The position numbers were made by a program, and so were the translations under genes. DNA of 64,000 nt from a virus: positions 1-64,000 of IMG/VR virus record IMGVR_UViG_3300042884_001293; one strand, 5' to 3'. The notes beneath the pieces are model-generated. The model made no database searches and was not told the DNA's origin. It saw nothing but the letters and a program-made list of their open reading frames with translations. Below are positions 53,668 to 62,418 of the stretch, one piece after another (positions within the stretch are counted from its first letter, which is position 1; the number at the start of each line of letters is the position of its first letter).

Positions 53668-53821
53668 AATAAACCTCAGTCATTCCTACAATTGGTTGCG
53701 ATTCAATCACAAATAGGCATTTTCGGCTTACCTTATTGCCATAATGAAATACTGGAATACTCGCTATTGCAATATTGCGAGAAATCCAGTATTTTTCGCA
53801 ATAATGGATTTCTGTCATGGG

Positions 53822-54247
53822 TTAAGCAGCCTCTCTACGAGCGATCATCTTTTGCACCTTAACCAAAAACTTGTATTGCTCCTTTTGAGCGTCTTGCAAA
53901 GCAAGATCGGCGGCGCGTGGATTCGATACTGTGCAAAGGATATTAGCCATCAAAGAACCGATGCGATTGGCAATGTAGCTTGAGTCAAATAAATTAACAT
54001 CTAAATCAAAAGTGCTAGTAAATGAATCGCAAAACGATTGGTTATACTGCCAGATCATACATTCATGCATAGAGCGTGATGCTCTTACAAAGTCGCCTTT
54101 AGCGATCGCCGCTTGGCATTGATTTTTTTCGTATTCGTGGTTTTCTCTCAAGTCTTGCAACTCTAATGCGATTGCGTTTTTGATTGGTGCGAGTTGTGCT
54201 GCTGTAGTCATTGCGTTTTCCTGTGTTATTGCTTTCTGTATATACAT
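53822..54247 (-). CDS. hypothetical protein
   Basis: First gene of the minus block. Confidence 0.5.
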   Translation of the reverse strand: MYIQKAITQENAMTTAAQLAPIKNAIALELQDLRENHEYEKNQCQAAIAKGDFVRASRSMHECMIWQYNQSFCDSFTSTFDLDVNLFDSSYIANRIGSLMANILCTVSNPRAADLALQDAQKEQYKFLVKVQKMIARREAA

Positions 54248-54382
54248 TACTACCCTTTTGAGGGATAGTCAATACACAAATGATTAGTATTGTCACTGCT
54301 TCTCATCTAATTATATAAGTAAAAAGTATCCTTTTAGGGGGTAGTAGATAGTATAGTGATTAGTAGTTAATGAGGTAACAAT

Positions 54383-54616
54383 GTGGAAATAATTAGAGAA
54401 ACCACAAGAACTACAACCTTGATAGAGTTTGAAGGTGCGGCGTATGTCCGTAATGAAGATAACTCTAGTATTTGGTGGAATAAAGAGTTAATGCCTTATT
54501 CGTATGAGTATTCTAAATCTACTGGTAAATGGTACGAGTTAACCGTCAACGGGGATCTCGAATGCGAACTACCAGAATTAGAGCGCAAATATCAAGAACT
54601 AAAATCATGCAACTAA
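54383..54616 (+). CDS. hypothetical protein
   Basis: ORF track; first gene of the long plus-strand block. Confidence 0.45.
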   Translation: MEIIRETTRTTTLIEFEGAAYVRNEDNSSIWWNKELMPYSYEYSKSTGKWYELTVNGDLECELPELERKYQELKSCN

Positions 54617-54843
54617 ATCTCAAGCGCTTACGCAAAGCGCGATCGCTAACACAAAAAGAATTAGCTAAGCAGTGCGATGCTTGGCTAAAAGCTAATGCTG
54701 CAAGTATGGATAGCTGCAATCTACGCAAAATCCAAAAGTTAGAGCAGGGTTATTACAGGTTCTTGGAATTTGACCTAATTGACGCGCTTTGCAATGTGCT
54801 TAATTGCAATGCTGATGATTTACAGAAGATTAGGAGGCTTTAG
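54607..54843 (+). CDS. XRE-family HTH protein
   Basis: From the ATG at 54607: MQLNLKRLRKARSLTQKELAKQCD... Confidence 0.65.
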   Translation: MQLNLKRLRKARSLTQKELAKQCDAWLKANAASMDSCNLRKIQKLEQGYYRFLEFDLIDALCNVLNCNADDLQKIRRL

Positions 54844-54846
54844 AGC

Positions 54847-55212
54847 ATGACTAACACGATCTCAATCCGAAAGAAAGTCGCTGAGCTTTGCGGGTTTACT
54901 GGTGATTATCAAGAATTTGTTTTAGATGGACTCTGTGGAATTAACGACAGATCAACCGTTAGAAACCCTCTTGATGGCAGTAAGCAATATATTCCAGTGC
55001 CAAAATATGACGCATCTCTAGACGCAATCACACAAGCTTTTGATGACTATGGGTTGACTTACACTTTACAAAAAGGCGTAGCAGATAATGGTGATATTGG
55101 CTATTTTGCTTCTAATCCTAAAGGCGAAAAGTACTCTGATACAGCAGCTAAAGCCATGTGTTATCTATTTATTCACTGTATGGAGAATAATGATGGCTAC
55201 AAGTCAGACTGA
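54847..55212 (+). CDS. hypothetical protein
   Basis: ORF track. Confidence 0.5.
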   Translation: MTNTISIRKKVAELCGFTGDYQEFVLDGLCGINDRSTVRNPLDGSKQYIPVPKYDASLDAITQAFDDYGLTYTLQKGVADNGDIGYFASNPKGEKYSDTAAKAMCYLFIHCMENNDGYKSD

Positions 55213-55453
55213 AGTTAGTATAAACAATAGGTTGTACCTAGAAAAAGCCAATGAAGAAGTCAGCAAAATTGTCATTATTCCTGAATGGCAAAAGCTTTTG
55301 AGAAGTTTTGAATGTGAGCTTAGCGCTACCAAAAAATATTCTTTTGATGGATTAAGAGCCATAGAAATGGCGATCGCCGCTAACCCATTGTTAAACAATG
55401 AAGATCGATTGGTACTTGTTCAAGAATTTATAAGTAAAAATAACCATGAGTGA
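55190..55453 (+). CDS. hypothetical protein
   Basis: ATG at 55190 (MMATSQTEV...). Confidence 0.45.
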   Translation: MMATSQTEVSINNRLYLEKANEEVSKIVIIPEWQKLLRSFECELSATKKYSFDGLRAIEMAIAANPLLNNEDRLVLVQEFISKNNHE

Positions 55454-55607
55454 CACAGAAAAACAGCCAGAAAAACAGCGTATCCTGATCGCCATTTCAT
55501 CACAGCAGATGGAAGATCGGTATAGGGTAGAAGCTTCTCGCGCAAAAGCTCAGAAGATGGGTGCTAGTTCTAGGATTTTGAGGTTATTTGAAAATGACGC
55601 TAGTTGA
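55446..55607 (+). CDS. hypothetical small protein
   Basis: 53-aa ORF below the cutoff (MSDTEKQPEKQRILIAISSQQ...), overlapping both neighbours. Confidence 0.35.
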   Translation: MSDTEKQPEKQRILIAISSQQMEDRYRVEASRAKAQKMGASSRILRLFENDAS

Positions 55608-56136
55608 CCACGAAATCGAAAAGCTTTGCGAAGAAAAGGGTGTTATCGTGCCATTTGACAAAGCAATGCTTAACCCACAATCACTTGATGTGCGGATAGG
55701 CTACACGCTGAAAACTGAGAACAACTGGCTTAAACGATGTCTAACAGGTCAAGAGTTTACTACTCACGACTTAACCAATTACTCAGAATCAAACCCGTTT
55801 TGGGTATCGCCACTAAGTTTTATTCTGACTTGTACCTACGAGACTTTCAATATGCCGAGTAATTACTCAGCAGAGTTTAGACTTAAGTCAAGTAGAGGGC
55901 GATCAGGATGGGGTCACGTTTTGGCAGTATGGATTGATGGTGGTTTTAATAATTCAAAGCTGACCTTAGAGTTATTAAACCATCGTATTTGGGCTTGGCA
56001 ACCTATTTATCCCATGATGCGAATCGGACAAATCGTATTTGCTGAGACGGCTTACCCAAGGCATGATTACTCAGAAACAGGACGGTATAACAACGATTTG
56101 GATACGCAACCAGCAAAACCAGAGAAGAGAATATAA
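55594..56136 (+). CDS. dcd: dCTP deaminase / dUTPase-superfamily protein
   Basis: 'LVDHEIEKLCEEKGVIVPFDKAMLNPQSLDVRIG', 'RLKSSRGRSGW' and 'MRIGQIVF...TGRYNND' are colinear with the Dcd blocks. Confidence 0.75.
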   Translation: MTLVDHEIEKLCEEKGVIVPFDKAMLNPQSLDVRIGYTLKTENNWLKRCLTGQEFTTHDLTNYSESNPFWVSPLSFILTCTYETFNMPSNYSAEFRLKSSRGRSGWGHVLAVWIDGGFNNSKLTLELLNHRIWAWQPIYPMMRIGQIVFAETAYPRHDYSETGRYNNDLDTQPAKPEKRI

Positions 56137-56140
56137 AAAG

Positions 56141-56374
56141 ATGATCGTCAAAATTGAAGACATCCAAGCATGGCTAGCTCAAAAAGCTCTTTGGGATAGC
56201 CAAAATATAGAAGATGTTGAGTTCACGCTAAACGGCGAACCATATAAACCGCAAATGTTTTGGACTGATGCTGATGACGGTAATCCAACTAACCCGATCG
56301 CCGCAGATAATTTTAAATTTATGGGCTGTTGCACCCATAGCATTTTTGAGATGATTGTTGGGGATTTGAAATAA
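56141..56374 (+). CDS. hypothetical protein
   Basis: ATG at 56141. Confidence 0.45.
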   Translation: MIVKIEDIQAWLAQKALWDSQNIEDVEFTLNGEPYKPQMFWTDADDGNPTNPIAADNFKFMGCCTHSIFEMIVGDLK

Positions 56375-56616
56375 TGAGTTGGACATATCGAATCTCAAAG
56401 CAAACTCTCGCAAACGGTGATGATGTATTTGCTATTCGTGAATTTTATCCCAATAGCAAGGGAGAACTAACAAGCTGGAGTGCTAACGAGATTACACCTG
56501 TTGGCACAACACTGGAAGATCTAAAAGGCGAGTTAGCACTAATAATGCAGTGCTTGGACAAGGAAGTAATTGATATTGGAGGTGAAGACAATGAAAAAAT
56601 GGTACGCGATGTTTGA
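56374..56616 (+). CDS. hypothetical protein
   Basis: Overlaps the upstream stop. Confidence 0.45.
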   Translation: MSWTYRISKQTLANGDDVFAIREFYPNSKGELTSWSANEITPVGTTLEDLKGELALIMQCLDKEVIDIGGEDNEKMVRDV

Positions 56617-57334
56617 GGACCGAGGCTTAAACTGCATTGCTTATGGCGGATTTGACACTGAAGACGAAGCGAAAGCTATGTTTGGTGGAAGGGTTAGCTA
56701 TGCAATGCTTATCCCAGACGATAAATTGGTTGTTTATCCAGATTATCGCACCGCAAAGTCCTGTATAGGAATAGGACTTTGCGGTGCACATGGCACGGGC
56801 AAAACCACACTGGCAAACGCCTTATCGCAAAAGCTAGGGATTCCATATATCCCTATTGATGCGAGTAGTGTGTTTTTGGAGCATGGTTTCCACCCGTCCG
56901 ACAAATTGGATATCCGCACTAGGTTGTTTTTGCAACAAAAGATTTTGGCTAAAGCTGTAGATATTTGGTTTGACGTTGACGAGCCTAGCTTTATATGCGA
57001 TCGCACACCGTTGGACATGGCTGCTTATTTGCTTGCTGATGTTGGCAATGGTGAGTTAGATAAGCATACACAGTCTGAGGTTATGGACTATTTGCAAGAT
57101 TGCTTTAATGTCACGATTCGATATTTTGACAAAATTGTACTAATTCCTCCTGCAATCCCTTTTGTCGAGCGTGAGTACAAAGCGGCGATTAATCAACCGT
57201 TAATATTCAAGTTGCATACTCAGCTTTTAGGGATACTCAATTATCTAGATTTACCTTACAAGGAGTTGCCAAAAGACTGCATAAAGTTGGGTGATCGGGT
57301 GAAATTTGTTGAAGATTATTTAGAGGAACCATAA
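56591..57334 (+). CDS. P-loop NTPase / nucleotide-kinase-like protein
   Basis: Walker A 'GLCGAHGTGKTTLANAL'; 'FICDRTPLDMAAY' is a kinase-like lid. AAA_28/NadR-like arrangement. Confidence 0.5.
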   Translation: MKKWYAMFEDRGLNCIAYGGFDTEDEAKAMFGGRVSYAMLIPDDKLVVYPDYRTAKSCIGIGLCGAHGTGKTTLANALSQKLGIPYIPIDASSVFLEHGFHPSDKLDIRTRLFLQQKILAKAVDIWFDVDEPSFICDRTPLDMAAYLLADVGNGELDKHTQSEVMDYLQDCFNVTIRYFDKIVLIPPAIPFVEREYKAAINQPLIFKLHTQLLGILNYLDLPYKELPKDCIKLGDRVKFVEDYLEEP

Positions 57335-57678
57335 TGCCTCTAGAATTTGAACGAGCCAAGCTCATCGGCTTTTTTGATGCCCATCGCGGCTCTTACTCTC
57401 TACGCTATATCGAAATCTGTACGCAAATCAATACGAGCGCATTGCGCTTACTTCTTAACCAAGGCGCGATCGCATACGGTAACAGGCGCTTGTATATTGA
57501 ATGCGTTGAGGGTAATTATCGCGCTATCCCTAAGCTACGTAAGGCGACACCAAAGGAGCTAAAACAGCGGGAATTAAGCAGACTGCGTAATAAAGCTTTT
57601 GACCACGCTAGGGCGCGTGGTGTGTCTGTCGGTAAAGCTAAGTTGGCGGCTTGGAATGTTGTTTGCGATCTAGAATAA
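57334..57678 (+). CDS. hypothetical (winged-helix-like) protein
   Basis: 114 aa, basic C-terminus. Confidence 0.45.
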   Translation: MPLEFERAKLIGFFDAHRGSYSLRYIEICTQINTSALRLLLNQGAIAYGNRRLYIECVEGNYRAIPKLRKATPKELKQRELSRLRNKAFDHARARGVSVGKAKLAAWNVVCDLE

Positions 57679-57706
57679 AAACACCGTAGATGTACGAGAA
57701 ATATTT

Positions 57707-58237
57707 ATGTATGGAATAGAAACGGAAGACAGGGTTACAGCTTTAGCCAGTGCGCTTAGTTATTGGGTTTTTCGCTGTAGAGACAAGGGCAAAAGCCCTG
57801 CCATGGGCTTAAGAACATGGGAATATTTTCAAAGCAGTATCCAAAATGCTGCTATTCCCTCTCGCAATATCGACGACTACATTGAGAATTTAGCCAAGAA
57901 GCTTATTGTTGCACACCTCAACCCAAAAGAATGGACTCGCATAATCGCGCCAAAACAAGTGGTTTTACGGGCTACTGTGAATGATGATGGCAGTATGGGA
58001 GACATTCAGCAAATTGATAGCGATCAAAATATTGATCTTTGGTGGTTGGGATGGAACGACATTTTAGCCAAATTGAAACATACGCACGGGATAAGCGATC
58101 GCCATATCCTCAGTTTGTGTAAATCAAAACCGCACATTATTACTACTTTCTGTCGTGTTCGCTTTGAAAGCGATCGCGCTTTGAATATTCCAGAAGAAAC
58201 AGAAAACACTCTAGATGTAGAGGCTAACAATGCTTAA
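57707..58237 (+). CDS. small helical protein in the cas11 position (tentative small subunit)
   Basis: 176 aa; overlaps the Cas7-like gene by 8 nt. Called by position only. Confidence 0.2.
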   Translation: MYGIETEDRVTALASALSYWVFRCRDKGKSPAMGLRTWEYFQSSIQNAAIPSRNIDDYIENLAKKLIVAHLNPKEWTRIIAPKQVVLRATVNDDGSMGDIQQIDSDQNIDLWWLGWNDILAKLKHTHGISDRHILSLCKSKPHIITTFCRVRFESDRALNIPEETENTLDVEANNA

Positions 58238-59435
58238 TTACAATCCCCACGATCGCCACAATATCAAGCTTCACTTACAGATTACACTGCTACAGCCTTT
58301 GTCCCATATCAGTGAGTCTGTAGGCAATCAAACCAATTTACGAACGATGAAAGTGACAGATTTAGAGGGAAATCCCTCTGAGGTGTTTTGTCTTTCTGGT
58401 AACTCGCTACGCAATCGTATTTTGAGACGCTGTGGTATTGATTCTTTCCTCTCTCAGATTGGTGTGCAAGTATCGCCAACGATGCATCACGCTCTATTTT
58501 GCGGCGGCGCGATTGATGGTGGCACGGGTAATGATTTGGATTTGGACAGAAAGATTAGACAGCTTTTGCCATGCCTCTCAGTGCTAGGAACTGCCAAACC
58601 TAAAGGATTGTTTGGTGTATCCGATGCTCAAATGGTGCACGGTCGGATCGCTGTTGGTGATGCGTATTTGGCTTGTGTAGAGAGCGCTAAGTATCTTTAT
58701 CAGATGTTCCCCCCTGCGTTGCCAATCGAAGTCATACCAGCACTAGAGCAGATTATAGATGGCAAAGACTTACAGCATAGTCAACGAGTGAATCAATGGC
58801 TAGGAATTGATACCAATGTTTCTCAATACGATCTAAAGGCATTGCTTGATGAGTGGCTACCGTTCTTAGGAGAGAAGCTTCGATATTATTCCGATTGGCT
58901 TACCTATAGCCAAAAAACAAGGCGCGATTCACTTCACGATCCTAACTTTGCAAAACATTTGATCGGCGCTACTCCAGAACCTCAAAAGATGATTTCTCAA
59001 TGCGATCTATTTGGTATAGTTTCGGAGCCTGAAACCAAGAAAGGTAAAAGCGACAAAGCCAAGCCCGAAAAAGAGAAAAGCCAACAGATGATTATGGGTA
59101 ATTGGCTACTCCAAACAGGTGCTACTTTGTACTCTTATTGGAGCGCAAACGTCACCAGAATCGAAGAAGGATTTATTGCAGATGCTTTACTCAAGTTTGC
59201 AGAATCGCCATACTTGGGCGGTCAATCAGGAACGGGTTGCGGACTATGCTCTATGCAGTTTTGGTTTGAGACTGCGGAGGGCGATCGCGGTGAGTTTATG
59301 ACGATTACACCTCATGCTCAGAAATTAAGCGATCGCGCCTCTGAATCTCATGCAAGGTATAAAGAATACCTCGAAGATTACAAAGGCTTTCTCGCGGATT
59401 CTAAGAGCGATATTAGGAGTTTATTGAATGGGTAA
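58230..59435 (+). CDS. cas7: Cas7-like RAMP protein (Csf2-like)
   Basis: 'PSEVFCLSGNSLRNRILRRCG', 'HHALFCGGAIDGG', and a C-terminal glycine-rich loop 'YLGGQSGTGCGLC'. Confidence 0.55.
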   Translation: MLNYNPHDRHNIKLHLQITLLQPLSHISESVGNQTNLRTMKVTDLEGNPSEVFCLSGNSLRNRILRRCGIDSFLSQIGVQVSPTMHHALFCGGAIDGGTGNDLDLDRKIRQLLPCLSVLGTAKPKGLFGVSDAQMVHGRIAVGDAYLACVESAKYLYQMFPPALPIEVIPALEQIIDGKDLQHSQRVNQWLGIDTNVSQYDLKALLDEWLPFLGEKLRYYSDWLTYSQKTRRDSLHDPNFAKHLIGATPEPQKMISQCDLFGIVSEPETKKGKSDKAKPEKEKSQQMIMGNWLLQTGATLYSYWSANVTRIEEGFIADALLKFAESPYLGGQSGTGCGLCSMQFWFETAEGDRGEFMTITPHAQKLSDRASESHARYKEYLEDYKGFLADSKSDIRSLLNG

Positions 59436-59805
59436 TTTTTCTTTCTCTATTTCAGTAAAACCAAAGCCCATCCCTTTTGATTTTGGTGATTTAACTCAGT
59501 TCAAAAAATATGAAAGTTATTCTGATTTACCGTGTGTTGAAGGCGTGTATCTTGTGTTTACTCAAGATATGAAATGCGTGTATGTTGGACAATCTGTAAA
59601 CATACAAAAGCGCTTTAAAGCTGGGCATTTACATTGCGGGAAGCTCCGTGCCATGTACGATTTAGGCGCAAAATTTTTCTATGTAATCCCTTGCGGTTAC
59701 TCCATGAAAAGCCATATAGAAGCATCTGCTATGCACGTTTTTAAGCCAATGTTAAATATAGTTCCAGTGTGTGGTTATGGAGTGAAACATGGAAACCCGT
59801 TTTAA
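59428..59805 (+). CDS. stand-alone GIY-YIG nuclease
   Basis: 'EGVYLVF...CVYVGQSVNIQKRFKAGH...HIEASAMH...LNI' gives the GIY, YIG, R, E and N catalytic positions. Overlaps both flanking genes. Confidence 0.6.
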   Translation: MGNFSFSISVKPKPIPFDFGDLTQFKKYESYSDLPCVEGVYLVFTQDMKCVYVGQSVNIQKRFKAGHLHCGKLRAMYDLGAKFFYVIPCGYSMKSHIEASAMHVFKPMLNIVPVCGYGVKHGNPF

Positions 59806-60487
59806 TAACCTCCAAATAATTGCACACATGGCAACCCCGCTAGTTGCCTATGATGACTGGTCCCCTAGCTTTGACGCTCTGATTGAGTATCAATTGTTAG
59901 ACCAATTAGGGTTAATCACGCCTAATCCAACGGCTGCGGATGCCGAAAAGAATCTGCCCTTGATTTTTGATAAAATGCCGATCGCTCGGAAGACGCTCAA
60001 AGGCGAGTGGTATTGGGCTGTGAGTTCACCACACTACATCGAAAATCATCAACAAACTCAGCGTTACCGTAAGCGATGGGACAAGCAAGAACTACACCTT
60101 GATTGGGGTAAAAAGAAAGCTAAGGTTGATGGTTCGCAAGGGCATTTTAAAGCCTATGATTTGCCACGATACGATCGCGAAATGCAGACTATACACTGGT
60201 TTGCGATTGGCAATGCTGACAAGATTAGCGAACTAATCCTAAATGTTACGCATCTTGGTAAGAAGCGATCGCAAGGTTGCGGACAGGTACACAAATGGGA
60301 AGTACTTCCTTTTGAACATGATTGGCATTTGTGGAGAGGTGAAAGCTTAGCCCGACCAATGCCAATTAATATGATTCCACAGCCTCAATCTATCAATATG
60401 ATGAACTGGGGGTGGCGAACACCGTATTTTGTGCAATCCAATAGAACTATGTGCTATATGCCAACGGATAATGTATGGAGAGAATAG
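59789..60487 (+). CDS. cas5: Cas5-like RAMP protein (Csf3-like)
   Basis: N-terminal 'LQIIAHMATPLVAYDDWSPSFDALIEY' and glycine-rich loop 'HLGKKRSQGCGQV'. Placed directly after the Cas7-like gene. Confidence 0.45.
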   Translation: METRFNNLQIIAHMATPLVAYDDWSPSFDALIEYQLLDQLGLITPNPTAADAEKNLPLIFDKMPIARKTLKGEWYWAVSSPHYIENHQQTQRYRKRWDKQELHLDWGKKKAKVDGSQGHFKAYDLPRYDREMQTIHWFAIGNADKISELILNVTHLGKKRSQGCGQVHKWEVLPFEHDWHLWRGESLARPMPINMIPQPQSINMMNWGWRTPYFVQSNRTMCYMPTDNVWRE

Positions 60488-61170
60488 AACGCGATGCATT
60501 CTTGGCTCATGCGACACTGCCAACATTTAAGCGCAAAGTTGAGAAAGCTAAAGAGATTATTCGAGAGGCTTTAGCGATCGCCCCTGCTTATGTTGCGGTG
60601 TCATGGGGTAAAGATTCAGTCGTAATGCTTCATTTAGTGCAGTCTATTTGTCCTGATATTTTGGCTGTGTTTTTAGGGCATTCTGAGCAGGATTTAATCA
60701 CCAATTTTAGTGGAGTGCAAAACTCTTATTTAACTAAATTTGCAAGTAATTACAAAGCTATTTTTTTAGATAGAAATCAAGAACTTGAGTATTCCCCAAC
60801 TAAGATAAAAGACGCTTTAGACCGTTTGCAAATACCACTAGCTTTTGTTGGTGTACGCTCAGAAGAAAGCAAGGTTAGACGATTTTCTGTTAAGAAATAT
60901 GGCTATATTTATCAGTATAAAGCTGGTAATTTTAGATGCTATCCTATTGCTAATTTTTCATGGATAGATATATGGGCTTACACCTGCTTAAATGAATTGC
61001 CTTATTTAGAAGCCTATGATAAAATTGATTTTAGTAGTCCTGAATCGCGCACGTCTCTACACTTTGGTAGAAGCAAAAAATCTGCTTTAGGTGTTCAAAG
61101 ATTTGAGCAATTTAAACGTATTTGTCCACAATTTTTTGAGTATGTGAAAGAGAATTATGAAGGATTTTAA
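60475..61170 (+). CDS. PAPS reductase / CysH-like PP-loop protein
   Basis: PP-loop 'AVSWGKDSVVMLHL', 'FVGVRSEESKVRR' and 'YPIANFSWIDIWAYTCLNELPY'. Confidence 0.75.
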   Translation: MERIERDAFLAHATLPTFKRKVEKAKEIIREALAIAPAYVAVSWGKDSVVMLHLVQSICPDILAVFLGHSEQDLITNFSGVQNSYLTKFASNYKAIFLDRNQELEYSPTKIKDALDRLQIPLAFVGVRSEESKVRRFSVKKYGYIYQYKAGNFRCYPIANFSWIDIWAYTCLNELPYLEAYDKIDFSSPESRTSLHFGRSKKSALGVQRFEQFKRICPQFFEYVKENYEGF

Positions 61171-61747
61171 TTGGGCTGACTATTCCTTAGCTAGGATCAA
61201 TTTAGTCGCATCAGGACGTGGGAATTGTGGAGAAATTCTGCCTAAAGCTACCGATGAAACTATTATCAAATTTCGAGAATCTCTAGCAGGTCGTTTGGAT
61301 GAAGACGATCGTCAAATGCTAGGAATTTATGACAAATTGGTAGATTGCCCTGTTAATACTTTAGGCTTTGAGATGCGTAATTATTACAAAAATAACGGGC
61401 ATTCTCCCATTGAGCCTACAGGTACTTTTCCCGTGCGCTACATCATGATTCACGATGCTCATCACGTTTTAATTAACGCTTCTACCTCTGAGCAAGGCGA
61501 ACTTAATGTGCTTGCGTTTGAGTGTGGAATGATTAAGCACGGCAGCTCGTCAGAATCAATTATTCCCTTACTAGCACAGGCTAAAGCTTTCCCAGATTGC
61601 GATATTGTTGAGATTGCAAAATATTGGGAAATGGGCTGTAATGCTAAGTTTGGGCTTTTGGAACAATGGGATTTGGCTCAATGGATTGACAAACCAGTAC
61701 AAGAAATCAAACAAACTTATGCAGTCAAACAACCCTTACAAAAATAA
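61157..61747 (+). CDS. Coq4-family-like metal-binding protein
   Basis: 'HDAHHVLINASTSEQGE' fits the Coq4 HDxxH-x11-E zinc-ligand motif exactly. Confidence 0.35.
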   Translation: MKDFNWADYSLARINLVASGRGNCGEILPKATDETIIKFRESLAGRLDEDDRQMLGIYDKLVDCPVNTLGFEMRNYYKNNGHSPIEPTGTFPVRYIMIHDAHHVLINASTSEQGELNVLAFECGMIKHGSSSESIIPLLAQAKAFPDCDIVEIAKYWEMGCNAKFGLLEQWDLAQWIDKPVQEIKQTYAVKQPLQK

Positions 61748-61777
61748 AGGATTGTCAAATGTTAGGGGCTTTTAAAA

Positions 61778-62359
61778 ATGAGTAACTTTATTGAATTTCT
61801 TTTCAGTATTGAAGGCTCTTTAATCCCTAGAAACTACCATTATTGTCTCTATTCCGCTTTGACGGGATTAGCTCCTAAGTTCAAAGATAACCCTGAGTGG
61901 GCGATCGGTAGAATCAGTAACACAAATATTTTTGACGATCGCACATTACGTTTAACTCAAAGCACTATAAAACTACGTTGCTCCAAAGATTTAATTACAG
62001 AGCTAACGATGCTTTTTGATTGTCAAATCCATTTAGGCAAAGAGTTGATTAAACTCAAGCTGGTTAATGGCACAGAGCTAAAATCTCAAGAGAATCTAGC
62101 GGCTTGGGTATCAATTAAAACCGACAACAATCGTGAACCCGATCTTACTAGGTTTGCGGTGTCGCTAGGTAAGCAACTAGCAAAGTTTGATATTAATACA
62201 CTGCCAATAATAGGGCGCAAAGAGCAGCTAATTATTAAAAAACAGCCGTGTGCTGTATACCCTGTAATGTTTTCAGATTTGCATCCTAACGAGTCTTTGA
62301 CATTACAAGAGAAAGGGTTGGGAGGTCGCAAACATCTAGGATGCGGGTTTTTTGAATAA
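61778..62359 (+). CDS. cas6: Cas6 (Cmx6-type) endoribonuclease-like protein
   Basis: The length (193 aa), the N-terminal 'IEFLFSIEGSLIPRNYHYCLYSAL' and the terminal 'ESLTLQEKGLGGRKHLGCGFFE' follow the Cas6/Cmx6 family pattern. Confidence 0.6.
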   Translation: MSNFIEFLFSIEGSLIPRNYHYCLYSALTGLAPKFKDNPEWAIGRISNTNIFDDRTLRLTQSTIKLRCSKDLITELTMLFDCQIHLGKELIKLKLVNGTELKSQENLAAWVSIKTDNNREPDLTRFAVSLGKQLAKFDINTLPIIGRKEQLIIKKQPCAVYPVMFSDLHPNESLTLQEKGLGGRKHLGCGFFE

Positions 62360-62418
62360 ATAACAAAATCACTCGGCGGAGCGATCGCTTAAAATAGAGT
62401 GACTACTTCGCATTCCCC

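Noticed and set aside
54248-54382. Small hairpins (CCCTTTTGAGGG, CCTTTTAGG) in the divergent region as operators.
   Set aside because: They have only 3-4-bp stems and there is no repeat of the same sequence. This is too weak to call.
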